Assembly (NCBI GenBank): GCA_963697335.1
Contig: CAVONQ010000003.1
Location: 32,001 to 96,000, forward strand
Source: an uncultured cyanobacterium
GTDB taxonomy: Bacteria > Cyanobacteriota > Cyanobacteriia > PCC-6307 > Cyanobiaceae
Reading direction: 5' to 3'
Length of the DNA stretch: 64,000 nt
How positions within the stretch are numbered: position 1 is the first letter of the stretch; each line of letters opens with the position of its first letter. Of the stretch, positions 8,938-20,380 are shown piece by piece. The position numbers and the translations under genes are program-made. The notes under the pieces are model-generated. The model saw only the letters and a list, made by a program, of their open reading frames with translations. It did no database searches and had not been told where the DNA came from.

Positions 8938-10445
8938 ATCGCGCGCAGGGTGCCCAGTTGCTGCTCAGCCCAGTGCTGCACGGTGAACTCCTCCACCGCC
9001 TCGGACATCGAAGCCATGCGGCGCTTCTGCTCGTCCAGGGGCATCTCCAGGGCGGCGACGATGGCCGCGTCCATGCTCCGGTGGGAGTAGGGGTTGGTGA
9101 CTACCGCGTCTTCCAGTTCCACCGAGGCCCCGGAGAACTCGGAGAGCACCAGCGCCCCACCCTGGCCCTGGCGGGTGGCGACGTATTCCTTCGCCACCAG
9201 GTTGAGACCGTCCCGCAGCGGCGTGATCCAGCACACGTCCGACTGGCTGAACCAGGCCACCAGCTCGTTGTAGGGAGTGCGGCGGGTGGAGAGGCGCACG
9301 GGGGTCCAGTCGATGCGACCAAAGCGACCGTTGATGCGGCCCACGATCTCCTCCACCGAGCGCTGGATGTCTTCATAGATGCGCATGCCGCTGGCGGCGG
9401 CCACACAGGCGAGGAACAGCTCCACTTCGCCGTGCCACTGGGGCTGCTGCTCCAGCACCCGCTCGTAGGAGAGCAGCATCTCCTCGTTGCCCTTGGTGTA
9501 GTCCACCCTGGAGGCCGAGATGATCAGCTTGCGGCCGGCGTGCTGCTCGGAGATCTGGGCCGCCATCGTCTGCACCTCAGCGCTGTCCCTGAGCTCACGG
9601 ATCACATCCGGGGAGGTGCCCACCGGAGAGGCCTGGATGTGTACCCGGCGGCCGTTGTGCTCCAACCAGGGCAACACCGTGGGCTGGGCCAGGGCACTGC
9701 CGTGGTGGCGGAACTTCGCGGCCACCGGCACGGGATCACCACAGCGGGCGCCGCGCAGATTGATGGCGGTGCGGGAGAAGTTGTCGGCGTAGCGGGGAAT
9801 GTGGAAGCCCACCAGGTCGCAACAGAGCAGGCTGTCGAGAATTTCATCACGCCAGGGCAGGATGCTGAACACGTCGTTGGAGGGGAACGGCGTGTGGTGA
9901 AAAAAGGCGATCCTCACATCGGGTCTGAGGGCCCTGATCTGGGCTGGAGCCAGCCAGAGGTTGTAGTCGTGCACCCAGATGGTGGCCCCTTCCGCCGCCT
10001 CCTCACAGGCCGCGCGGGCAAACGACTGATTGACCCCTACAAAGGTGTCCCAGTCTGAGTTGTCAACACTGAACAAGCCTGGGAAGCTGTGTAGAATCGG
10101 CCAGAAGGATTCCTTCGAGGTGACGTGATAAAAACTCGAAATCTGCGTTTCGGTCAGCGGCAGTCGTCGCAGGGTGAATGGACTGGCCAACGGCACCGTG
10201 AGCCGTTCGTCAACAGCATTGGAAGCATCATCCTCTTGGCGCCAGGAAATCCAGGTGCCGGAGCGCTCCTCCAGAAACAGATTGCGGAGGGTGGGGATGA
10301 TGCCGTTCGGGCTTTTCTGATCGACGAACTCGATGCTGCCATCGGCGGCTGTTTTGAGGTCGTAGGGGGAGCGGTGGTAGACCAGCACAAAGCTGCTGCT
10401 GCCGAAGGCCTGGCTGGGATCTGACTGCGCAAGGATGCTGGGCAT
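8934..10445 (-). CDS. ggpS: Glucosylglycerol-phosphate synthase (GT20); start could be up to 10490
   Basis: LVYHRSP, KSPNGIIPTL, WVHDYNLW, FFHHTPFP, RVDYTKG, TPLRDGLNLVAKEY, LSEFSGA. Confidence 0.92.
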   Translation of the reverse strand: MPSILAQSDPSQAFGSSSFVLVYHRSPYDLKTAADGSIEFVDQKSPNGIIPTLRNLFLEERSGTWISWRQEDDASNAVDERLTVPLASPFTLRRLPLTETQISSFYHVTSKESFWPILHSFPGLFSVDNSDWDTFVGVNQSFARAACEEAAEGATIWVHDYNLWLAPAQIRALRPDVRIAFFHHTPFPSNDVFSILPWRDEILDSLLCCDLVGFHIPRYADNFSRTAINLRGARCGDPVPVAAKFRHHGSALAQPTVLPWLEHNGRRVHIQASPVGTSPDVIRELRDSAEVQTMAAQISEQHAGRKLIISASRVDYTKGNEEMLLSYERVLEQQPQWHGEVELFLACVAAASGMRIYEDIQRSVEEIVGRINGRFGRIDWTPVRLSTRRTPYNELVAWFSQSDVCWITPLRDGLNLVAKEYVATRQGQGGALVLSEFSGASVELEDAVVTNPYSHRSMDAAIVAALEMPLDEQKRRMASMSEAVEEFTVQHWAEQQLGTLRAI

Positions 10446-10639
10446 GGGCAAACTGTCTGTGGCACGCATGGCTTGGGGAACTGGCATCAACAGGACGTGG
10501 TTGAACCTCGCGGGGCTCGCTGCGCTACGAATCCGGATAGGACGAGATTGGAATCAGCTTGTCCGCCTGGCGGACAAGCACCATCAGAGGACCACAGCGG
10601 CACACTGTTATGGCCTTCAACAAGCAAAAAGGTCCTGAT

Positions 10640-10668
10640 ATCATAGATCAAGTGTACCACTTTGTCAA
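10640..10668 (-). promoter_or_regulatory. Sigma70-type promoter of the ggpS operon (TTGACA-N17-TATGAT)
   Basis: Minus strand: TTGACA (10668-10663), 17-nt spacer, TATGAT (10645-10640), in an AT-rich intergenic region. Confidence 0.75.
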
Positions 10669-10903
10669 GCGGTCTTGACTTGTTGATGATCTTCGCTCCG
10701 GCTTATTGCGGACCAGCCGTTGAATCATCGCCGGAATGGGCAGATGGAGACTGTGACTCACGATATCGACAGACGCCCCGACGCTGTCACCAGAAGCAAC
10801 GCCCCCATTGAAATTTTTTTGCTGCGATCCAGGTGATCATCAAGATGCCATCCGGCAAACCGGGGCCGTCCTAAGCTGATCCCAGCTCTGTAGCGAATCC
10901 TCC

Positions 10904-11137
10904 GTGCCGCTCAGCCTGGTCCAACGGGGACAACGGGTGCGTGTTGTGTCGCTACCCGTCTATCCAGCCCTGCAGGGGCGACTTCTGGCGATGGGCATTC
11001 GGCCGGGGGCCGAGCTGGAGGTGCTGCGCCGCAGCAAGCCCGGCGGCACCCTTCACCTCGCCAGTGGGCTGCTGGAGTTCATGCTCCGCCACGACCATGC
11101 CGAGGAGCTGGAGGTGGAGGCACTGCCCCAGGCCTGA
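10904..11137 (+). CDS. feoA: Ferrous iron transport protein A
   Basis: 77 aa with RLLAMGIRPGAELEVLR FeoA motif; GTG start. Confidence 0.85.
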   Translation: MPLSLVQRGQRVRVVSLPVYPALQGRLLAMGIRPGAELEVLRRSKPGGTLHLASGLLEFMLRHDHAEELEVEALPQA

Positions 11138-11140
11138 GCG

Positions 11141-11199
11141 GGAACCAGCCCTCGCCGCGGCCCAACCACCAGCGCCAGGGCTGCTGCGAGCCTGGTTCC
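11141..11199 (+). terminator. Long imperfect hairpin after feoA, possible terminator/stabiliser between convergent genes
   Basis: Nested stems GGAACCAG/CTGGTTCC, CTCGC/GCGAG, GCGGCCC/GGGCTGC; no U-tract. Confidence 0.4.
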
Positions 11200-11403
11200 G
11201 ATCCTGACGTGGATTCATGGCCGCGTCCTGACGCAAACGACCTGGCGAGCAGGGGCCCGTGCAGAGCCCAGTCACCCCAACTCCTAGCGCCATGAATGGC
11301 TGCGACCGAGGCAAAAAACGTGAATCGGATGTGACCCAACGACCGCCTGCGACGTGACTCATGTCACCAGCTGCCGTGGCTGGCCCTGCTACTGCTGGCG
11401 GCA

Positions 11404-13266
11404 TCACGCCAGCAGTAGCCCACCCTGGTAGACCAGCAGGGCCAGCAGCCAGGCCAGGCTGAGCGACCAGGCCAGGGACAGCAAGGCGAAGCTGCGGCTC
11501 CTGGACTCCTTGAGTTGGATGGCCACAGTGCCCAGACAGGGGGTGTAGAGCAGCACGAAGGTCATGAAACTCAGAGCCTGCAGGGGTGTGATCGCCTGGC
11601 TGATCACACTGCCCAGGCTGGCTTCACTGGTGGCATAGATCACGGCCATGGCCCCCAGCAGAATCTCCTTGGCGATGAAGCCGAAAAACAGCGACACGGT
11701 AAGGGCCGAGGTCATGCCGATGGGCCCAAGCAAGGGCTGGAAGAACTGGCCAATGGCATCGGCCAGCGTGTTACCTGATCCCTGAATGGCCCCGGCTGGC
11801 AGGTGGGTGAGCAGCCAGATTCCCGCCGCTCCGATCAGGATGAAGGCCCGTGTCGTCACCAGGAAATTGAGCATGGAGGTCCAGCCCCTGCGCAGAATCG
11901 TGCTCAGGCTGGGAGCGCGATAGGGAGGGAGCTCAAGCACGAAGGCCTCGCGGCTGGGAAAGGCCCGCTTGAACACCAGACCGGTGATCACCGCGGCCAG
12001 GAAACTAAGCCCATAGAAGCCAAACACCACCAGGCCTGGGGCCCACCAGGGCCGGGGAAAGAAGACCCCGGCCATGAAGATGAACACTGTGAGACGCGCC
12101 TGGCAGAGGGCGAAGGGAATGCAGAGCATGGCCAGCAGCCGCATGCTGCGATCACGGATCACCCGGGTGCCCATGATCGAGGGCACATTGCAACCAAAAC
12201 CCATGATCTGGAGCACAAAGGCACGGCCATCGAGGCCCAGCCAGTGCATGAAGCCGTCCATCAGGAAGGCGGCTCTCGGCAGATAGCCCGAGTCTTCCAC
12301 CACCGCCATGATGACGTAGAAGAGGAAGATGATCGGCAGGAAGGTGGTCACCGTACCGACCCCCAGCCACACACCCTCGATCAGAAATCCCCGCAGGAAC
12401 TCTGGCGCTCCCGCAGTCACCAGCAGCGGCTCCAGCACGGCGGTCTGCATCCAATCCACCAGGGCTGCGAGGAGTTCCTGCAGCGGCGCACCCAGGGCAT
12501 AGAGCAGCTGGAACATCGCCATCACGATTCCCAGGAAAGCCAGCAGACCCAGCACCGGATGCATGAGCAGGCGATCGGTGCGTCGGGTCCGCCGGTTGAC
12601 CAGCCGCCGCGGCTGCGTCACGGCCGCGGCGGCCAAGGCTGCAGCCCTGGCCTCGACACCGAATGGCGGCTCCGGTCGACTCGCTGGGCTCACGGTCCCC
12701 ACGCCCCGGTGCACGGCCTCGATCAGCTCCTCGATCCCCTGGTTGCGTTTGGCGCTGACCGGGAGCAGGGGCAGGCCCAGCTCCGCACTCAGGCGTTGGT
12801 GGTCGATCGCGATGCCCAGCCGCCGCGACTCATCGCTCATGTTCAGGGCCACCACCATGGGTATCCCGAGCTCCCGCAGCTGCAGTACAAAGCGGAGCTG
12901 GTTGGTGATCTGGCTGGCGTTCACCACCACCAACAGCAGGGCGGGGGGGGTCTGGTGCAGGAAACGCTGCACCACAGCTTCGTCCTCACTGCTGGCGCTG
13001 AGGTCGTGAATGCCGGGCAGATCCACCAGGGTGTGGCGCCGCCCCTGGCGGTCGGCTGGCATCGAGCCCCGCAGCAGCTCCACCGTGAGCCCTGGCCAGT
13101 TGGCAATCTGAGCATCGCCGCCGGTGAGCCGGTTGTAGAGGGTCGACTTGCCCGTGTTGGGCATGCCGATCAGGGCCACGGTGGAACACTCGGTGGCGTT
13201 GGTGCCAGCACCACGCCTCAGCAGTGCCGCCCGCGGAGCTTGAAGGCCTCGGCCAGACGCGTCCAT
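11404..13266 (-). CDS. feoB: Ferrous iron transport protein B
   Basis: GMPNTGKST, NWPGLTVE, DLPG, NMSD; EDSGYLPRAAF, GFGCNVP, ELPPYRAP, LYTPC. Confidence 0.95.
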   Translation of the reverse strand: MDASGRGLQAPRAALLRRGAGTNATECSTVALIGMPNTGKSTLYNRLTGGDAQIANWPGLTVELLRGSMPADRQGRRHTLVDLPGIHDLSASSEDEAVVQRFLHQTPPALLLVVVNASQITNQLRFVLQLRELGIPMVVALNMSDESRRLGIAIDHQRLSAELGLPLLPVSAKRNQGIEELIEAVHRGVGTVSPASRPEPPFGVEARAAALAAAAVTQPRRLVNRRTRRTDRLLMHPVLGLLAFLGIVMAMFQLLYALGAPLQELLAALVDWMQTAVLEPLLVTAGAPEFLRGFLIEGVWLGVGTVTTFLPIIFLFYVIMAVVEDSGYLPRAAFLMDGFMHWLGLDGRAFVLQIMGFGCNVPSIMGTRVIRDRSMRLLAMLCIPFALCQARLTVFIFMAGVFFPRPWWAPGLVVFGFYGLSFLAAVITGLVFKRAFPSREAFVLELPPYRAPSLSTILRRGWTSMLNFLVTTRAFILIGAAGIWLLTHLPAGAIQGSGNTLADAIGQFFQPLLGPIGMTSALTVSLFFGFIAKEILLGAMAVIYATSEASLGSVISQAITPLQALSFMTFVLLYTPCLGTVAIQLKESRSRSFALLSLAWSLSLAWLLALLVYQGGLLLA

Positions 13267-13454
13267 GGGCTGCAGAGGGGGGATTCAGATCTAATCCCCG
13301 CAGGCTGTCTGGCTCCGGCCCAAACCGCACCGTTGCAGGTGACCTCTGATGCGCAGCTCTCCTCAGGAGCCGGGGCTCAGCGGCGGAAGGCGGAGAGGGA
13401 TGATCAAGGCCGGATTGTTGTTCCACCCCGGCACACCGGCCGCCCCCGCCACCC

Positions 13455-15290
13455 ATGCTGCGCATCGCCCACGCCCTCGAAGCCCAGCTCACGGCGGCCC
13501 TGGAGCGGGCGTTTCCCGATCAGGCGGCGACGGCGCGGCAGGGCGGAGCTGCCCTGGATCCCCAGCTGGCGGCGGCCAGCAAGCCTGAGTTCGGCGATTT
13601 CCAGGCCAACGGCGCCCTGGCCCTGGCCAAGCCGCTGCGCCAGGCGCCCCGCGCCATCGCCGCAGCCATCGTGGCTGAGCTGGGCGCCGACCCCAGCTTC
13701 ACGGAGCTCTGCCTGGAGCCCCAGATTGCCGGCCCGGGCTTCATCAATCTCACCCTGCGGCCGGAGCGGCTGGCGGCCGAGCTGGCGCAGCGCCTCGACG
13801 ATCCGCGCCTGGGGGTGCCCAGTGTGCAGGGGGCCAGCGCCGAGGCGCCGGCGCCGGTGATCGTGGACTTCTCCAGCCCCAACATCGCCAAGGAGATGCA
13901 CGTGGGGCACCTGCGCTCCACGATCATCGGCGACTCCCTGGCCCGGGTGCTGGAGTTTCGCGGCCATCCGGTGCTGCGGCTCAACCACGTGGGCGACTGG
14001 GGCACCCAGTTCGGCATGCTGATCACCCACCTCAAGCAGGTGGCGCCGGAGGCCCTCAGCACCGCCGATGCGGTGGATCTGGGCGATCTGGTGGCCTTCT
14101 ACCGCCAGGCCAAGGCCCGCTTCGATGCCGATGGGGCCTTCCAGGCCAGCTCCCGCGAGGAGGTGGTGAAGCTGCAGGGGGGGGATCCGGTGTCACTGAA
14201 GGCCTGGGGGCTGCTGTGCGACCAGAGCCGCCGCGAGTTTCAGAAGCTGTACGACCGCCTCGCCATCGACCTCAGCGAGCGCGGGGAGTCCTTTTACAAC
14301 CCCTACCTCGAGGCGGTGGTGGCCGATCTGGAGGCCTGTGGCCTGCTGGTGACCGACGACGGCGCCCGCTGCGTGTTCCTGGAAGGCGTGAGTGGCAAGG
14401 ACGGCAAGCCCCTGCCGGTGATCGTGCAGAAGCGCGACGGCGGCTTCAACTACGCCACCACCGACCTGGCCGCCATCCGCTACCGCTTCGCGGCGCCCCC
14501 GGAGGGCGATGGCGCCCGGCGGGTGATCTATGTGACCGATGCGGGCCAGGCGGCCCACTTTGCGGGGGTGTTCCAGGTGGCCGAACGGGCCGGCTGGATC
14601 CCGGCCGGGGCGCGCCTGGAGCACGTGCCCTTCGGGCTGGTGCAGGGCGACGACGGCAAGAAGCTCAAGACCCGCGCCGGCGACACCGTGCGCCTGCGCG
14701 ACCTGCTGGATGAGGCCGTGGAGCGCGCCGAGGCCGACCTGCGCCGCCGCCTCAGGGAAGAAGAGCGCAGCGAAGACGAGGCCTTCATCCAGCAGGTGGC
14801 CACCACCGTGGGGCTGGCGGCGGTGAAGTACGCCGACCTCAGCCAGAACCGCAGCACCAACTACCAGTTCAGCTTTGATCGCATGCTGGCTCTGCAGGGC
14901 AACACGGCCCCCTACCTGCTCTATTCGGTGGTGCGCATCGCCGGCATCGCCCGCAAGGGGGGCGATGGGGCGGCGGCCGGTTCCGAAGCTGCCGCGGTAG
15001 CGGGGGATGTCTCGCTGAGCTTCAGCGAACCGCAGGAATGGGCCCTGGTGCGGGAGCTGCTCAAGCTCGATGGCGTGATCGTGGAGGTGGAGGAGGAGCT
15101 GCTGCCGAACCGGCTGTGCAGCTACCTGTTTGAGCTCAGCCAGGTGTTCAACCGCTTCTACGACCAGGTGCCCGTGCTCAAGGCCCCCGAGCCGGCTCGC
15201 GCCTCGCGCCTGGCCCTCTGCCAGCTCACCGCCGCCACCCTCAAGCTGGGCATGGGACTACTGGGGATTCCCACTCTGGAGCGGATGTGA
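13455..15290 (+). CDS. argS: Arginine--tRNA ligase
   Basis: [42 protein letters not shown]. Confidence 0.97.
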   Translation: MLRIAHALEAQLTAALERAFPDQAATARQGGAALDPQLAAASKPEFGDFQANGALALAKPLRQAPRAIAAAIVAELGADPSFTELCLEPQIAGPGFINLTLRPERLAAELAQRLDDPRLGVPSVQGASAEAPAPVIVDFSSPNIAKEMHVGHLRSTIIGDSLARVLEFRGHPVLRLNHVGDWGTQFGMLITHLKQVAPEALSTADAVDLGDLVAFYRQAKARFDADGAFQASSREEVVKLQGGDPVSLKAWGLLCDQSRREFQKLYDRLAIDLSERGESFYNPYLEAVVADLEACGLLVTDDGARCVFLEGVSGKDGKPLPVIVQKRDGGFNYATTDLAAIRYRFAAPPEGDGARRVIYVTDAGQAAHFAGVFQVAERAGWIPAGARLEHVPFGLVQGDDGKKLKTRAGDTVRLRDLLDEAVERAEADLRRRLREEERSEDEAFIQQVATTVGLAAVKYADLSQNRSTNYQFSFDRMLALQGNTAPYLLYSVVRIAGIARKGGDGAAAGSEAAAVAGDVSLSFSEPQEWALVRELLKLDGVIVEVEEELLPNRLCSYLFELSQVFNRFYDQVPVLKAPEPARASRLALCQLTAATLKLGMGLLGIPTLERM

Positions 15291-16475
15291 GCTGGTGGCT
15301 GGCGCAATCTCCCCAAGCCTCCGCATCAGCGGCGTAATCGACAGCCCCTGCACGATCACCGAAAAGGCCACCACCGCGAACGCCACGGTCACCACGGAGT
15401 CGCGGTAGGGGAGGCTGGTGGGCAAGCCCAGGGCGAGGGCCAGGGCCAGGGCACCGCGCAGGCCGCCCCAGAAGAGCACGTGCTGGTGGTTGGCCTTCAC
15501 CCTCAGCGGCGATGCCTGGAACAGAAGGCAGCAGCCATAGGTGGACAGGGCCCGGCCCGCCAGCACCAGGCCAATGGCGATGCCGATCGGCAGCAGCACC
15601 CGGGTGAAGTTCTGGTGCGCCTCCAGCATCCCCATCAGCAGGAAGATCAGCGAGTTCACCACGAAGGCGGCGTACTCCCAGAACGATTCCACCGCTTCGC
15701 GGCCCTTGGGGGAGATGGCGCCCAGGGGGCCGAGGTTGCCCAGCATGATGCCGGCGGTGAGGGTGGCCAGCACCCCCGACACCTCCAGCTCCTCCGCCAG
15801 CAGAAACGAGCCATAGGCCGCCACCGTGGTGAAGGTGATCTCCACCAGGGGGTCTTCGGTGCGGCCGGCCAGGGCGAGCAGGGCCGCGGCCACGGCGGCT
15901 CCGCAGGCCACCCCACCCACGATCGTGAGCGCCAGAAACTGGACGGTGCCCAGGGGCGTGATCGTGGCGCCGGTGGCGAAGGCGATGGCGATGCCGAAAG
16001 CCACGGCAGCGGTGCTGTCGTTGAGGAGGCTCTCCGCCTCCACCAGCTCCCGCAGCCGGCCATGCACGCCCGCCTCCTTGAAGGTGGCGATCACCGACAC
16101 CGGATCGGTGGCCGAGATCAACACGCCGAACAGCAGTGCCGCCTGCCAGCTCCAGTCGGCCAGGTAGTGCATGCCCAGCGTGGTGATGCCGGCGGACACC
16201 ACCACGCCCAGGGTGGCCAGGGTGAGCACCACGGGCAGGTCCTTGCGCAGGGAGGGCCAGGCGATGAAGATCGCCGCCTCGAAGATCAGGGGCGGCAGGA
16301 AGGCATTGAAGATCAGCTCCCGCGTCAGGGCGATGTCAGGAGCGAAGGGCAGCCAGGCCAGCAGGATGCCTCCCAGCACCAGGCCCACGCTGTAAGGCAA
16401 GCGCAAGCGGCGGGCCAGCATGGCCACCACGGCCGCCACCAGCAGCAGCAGCTCAACCTTTTCGATCGTGAGCAT
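15258..16475 (-). CDS. CPA1/NhaP-type Na+/H+ antiporter
   Basis: [37 protein letters not shown]; many TM segments. Confidence 0.9.
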   Translation of the reverse strand: MLTIEKVELLLLVAAVVAMLARRLRLPYSVGLVLGGILLAWLPFAPDIALTRELIFNAFLPPLIFEAAIFIAWPSLRKDLPVVLTLATLGVVVSAGITTLGMHYLADWSWQAALLFGVLISATDPVSVIATFKEAGVHGRLRELVEAESLLNDSTAAVAFGIAIAFATGATITPLGTVQFLALTIVGGVACGAAVAAALLALAGRTEDPLVEITFTTVAAYGSFLLAEELEVSGVLATLTAGIMLGNLGPLGAISPKGREAVESFWEYAAFVVNSLIFLLMGMLEAHQNFTRVLLPIGIAIGLVLAGRALSTYGCCLLFQASPLRVKANHQHVLFWGGLRGALALALALGLPTSLPYRDSVVTVAFAVVAFSVIVQGLSITPLMRRLGEIAPATSSHPLQSGNPQ

Positions 16476-16529
16476 GGGGAAGGGAAAACGGCAGGCGATG
16501 CCAGACCCCAAGCCGGGGAGAAGCCGCCC

Positions 16530-18134
<1,605 letters not shown>

Positions 18135-18182
18135 ACACCAGAACGCTAGCAAGGTTGTCCCGGCTGCGCCTTGCCGCGGTCC

Positions 18183-18833
18183 TCAGCCCTGGGCTGGGTT
18201 GCCCTGCAGCCCGTTCAGCGCCGCTGCCACCACCCGGTGGTCCCCGTCCTGCTGCAGGCCGCTGAGCAGGGTTCTGGCCCGCTCGACGACGCCGGCATCG
18301 GCGGGGAGTGAGCTCTGTTGCATCAGGCGGCCCAGGATCTCGGTGCCGCCCACCCGCACGGTGTCGTCGGCATCGGTTAGGGCCAGCTCCGCCAGTTCAA
18401 GCAGATCGGCCGCCCCGGCCTCGGGGTGCTCGGCCACGGCGGAGAGCACGCTGCAGCGCAGCAGCCACTGGGTGTCAGCCCGGAAGGCCTCAAGCACCAC
18501 GGGCCAGGCCCGCTCCAGCCCGTAGCTCACCAGGGCATTGGCCGCCTCAGCCCGCACGTTGGCGTCCTCATCGTGGCGCACGGCCTGCACCAGGGCCTCC
18601 CAGCCGGCTTCGGTCTGCTTCACGCCCAGGCCGGCACAACTCAGGGAGCGCACGATGAAAGCCGACTGCTCCAGCCCCCGCAGCAGCAGCGGCACTGCCT
18701 GTTCATCCGGCACCTCCCGCAGCCCCACCAGGGCCGGCATGGAACGGGAGGGATCACCGGAGAGGATGGCCTCCTCCAGCGCCGCGAGGTCGGCGGGCTG
18801 GTTCTGGGGGCGGGGGTCGGAAGCTTCGCTCAT
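18183..18833 (-). CDS. HEAT-repeat (PBS lyase-like) protein
   Basis: Repeated motifs such as DEDANVRAEAANAL, DADDTVR, DGDHRVVAAALN. Confidence 0.8.
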   Translation of the reverse strand: MSEASDPRPQNQPADLAALEEAILSGDPSRSMPALVGLREVPDEQAVPLLLRGLEQSAFIVRSLSCAGLGVKQTEAGWEALVQAVRHDEDANVRAEAANALVSYGLERAWPVVLEAFRADTQWLLRCSVLSAVAEHPEAGAADLLELAELALTDADDTVRVGGTEILGRLMQQSSLPADAGVVERARTLLSGLQQDGDHRVVAAALNGLQGNPAQG

Positions 18834-19081
18834 CCCTCCAGCCTGGCGGATGGCCGGCCCTGGCGCAGGGCCTCCAGCAACGAGCGGCGCCGTCTGCGGC
18901 GCCTGTGAAGGCTGCTGCCGAGCAGGGCCGTGCCGATCACCAGCGCCGGCAAGGCCTGCCAGCGATCGGGGCCGCGGCGCTGGGCCAGCACCCCCAGGGC
19001 CACCACCAGCAGCAGCGGGGCCGAGAGGGCCAGCATGGTGTGCAGCAGCGGGCGCTGGCGGGTCGAAACAGGGGGACTCAT
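18830..19081 (-). CDS. Small two-TM membrane protein (DUF3188-like)
   Basis: Two hydrophobic segments, QALPALVIG, Arg-rich tail; overlaps both neighbours by 4 bp. Confidence 0.65.
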   Translation of the reverse strand: MSPPVSTRQRPLLHTMLALSAPLLLVVALGVLAQRRGPDRWQALPALVIGTALLGSSLHRRRRRRRSLLEALRQGRPSARLEG

Positions 19082-20355
19082 CGGGGCCGCTCCATCCAGC
19101 GCAGCAGGCTCAGGGTGAGCACCCGCACGCCCACCGCCAGGGCGCCCTCATCGGGGGCGAAGGTGTTGCTGTGCAGGGGCGTGCAGCCGTCGGGCCCCGC
19201 CACCCCGAGGCGAAACATCGTGCCGCGGATGCCGTCGAGCAGCTCGGCGAAGTCCTCCGCCCCCAGGGAGGGCTGATCCAGCCACTGCACCTGCTGGCCG
19301 CCCAACACCTCCGAGCCGGCCTCGGCCACCAGCTGGGTGAGGGCCACATCGTTCTGCACCGGCGGCGAGATGCAGCGGTAGCGCACCCGCGCCTCGCCGC
19401 CATGGCCCCGGCAGAGGGCGTGGACCGTCTCCTCGATCCAGGCAGGCAGCTGGGCGTGCACGTCGTTGTCGAGGCAGCGCACGGTGCCGAGCAGACGCAC
19501 GTGGTCGGCGATCACGTTGAAGGCCTTGCCCCCCTCGATCCGACCGAAGCTCACCACCACGGGATGCAGGGCGTCGAGCCGCCGCGAGATCGCCTCCTGC
19601 AGCCCACTCACCACCCTGGCCGCGATCCAGATGGCATCGGTGCTCTGGTGGGGCCTGGCGCCGTGGCCCCCCTCCCCCAGCACCTCCACCTCCAGCTCGC
19701 CCGCCGCCGCCGTGAGGCTGCCGCTGCGCACGCCGATCATGCCCACCGGAATGCTCGGAAAGGCATGCAGGCCGAACAGGGCCGCCACGTTCTCCACGGC
19801 CCCGTCGGCCTTCATCCAGGCCGCTCCCTGGGCGGTTTCTTCGGCGGGCTGGAAGAGCAGCCGCACCCGCTGGCGCAACAGCTGGGGTTGCCGTTGGGCC
19901 ACCGCACTGAGCAGCCGCGCCACCCCCAGCCCCACGCTGGTGTGAAGGTCATGGGCACAGGCGTGCATCAGGCCCTGAACGGTGGAGGCGTAGTCGAGCC
20001 CGGTGCGCTCCTCCACCGGCAGGGCATCCATGTCCACCCGCAGGGCCACCACGGAGGGATCGGAGGGGTGGGCGCCCGGCCCAGCCCCAGCCGGCCCCAG
20101 CTCGGCCAGCACGCCGGTGCGGCCCACCCCCTCGCGCACCTGCCAGCCCCAGCGGCGCAGCTCCCCGGCCACCAGGGCCGCCGTCTGCTGCTCATGGCCA
20201 CTGAGTTCGGGGTGGCGATGCAGGTGGCGGCGCAGCTGGATCAGCTCCGGCAGCACGGCCTGCAGCTCCGCCTCCAGGCCCAGAGACTGCCAGCTGAAGC
20301 CGGCGCCAGCGCCGCCGGCCTGGCCAGAGGTCGCCGTGAGGGGGGTGGGGGGCAT
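19078..20355 (-). CDS. M20 family amidohydrolase (N-acyl-L-amino acid amidohydrolase)
   Basis: RRHLHRHPELS, RVDMDALP, MHACAHD, FQPAEE, GAEDF. Confidence 0.9.
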   Translation of the reverse strand: MPPTPLTATSGQAGGAGAGFSWQSLGLEAELQAVLPELIQLRRHLHRHPELSGHEQQTAALVAGELRRWGWQVREGVGRTGVLAELGPAGAGPGAHPSDPSVVALRVDMDALPVEERTGLDYASTVQGLMHACAHDLHTSVGLGVARLLSAVAQRQPQLLRQRVRLLFQPAEETAQGAAWMKADGAVENVAALFGLHAFPSIPVGMIGVRSGSLTAAAGELEVEVLGEGGHGARPHQSTDAIWIAARVVSGLQEAISRRLDALHPVVVSFGRIEGGKAFNVIADHVRLLGTVRCLDNDVHAQLPAWIEETVHALCRGHGGEARVRYRCISPPVQNDVALTQLVAEAGSEVLGGQQVQWLDQPSLGAEDFAELLDGIRGTMFRLGVAGPDGCTPLHSNTFAPDEGALAVGVRVLTLSLLRWMERPR

Positions 20356-20380
20356 CGGGAATCAGCTCAGGGGGTGCGGC

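Noticed and set aside
10435..10638. 67-aa + strand ORF as a GgpR-like regulator
   Set aside because: Overlaps the ggpS start antisense, atypical composition, no similarity I can recognise.
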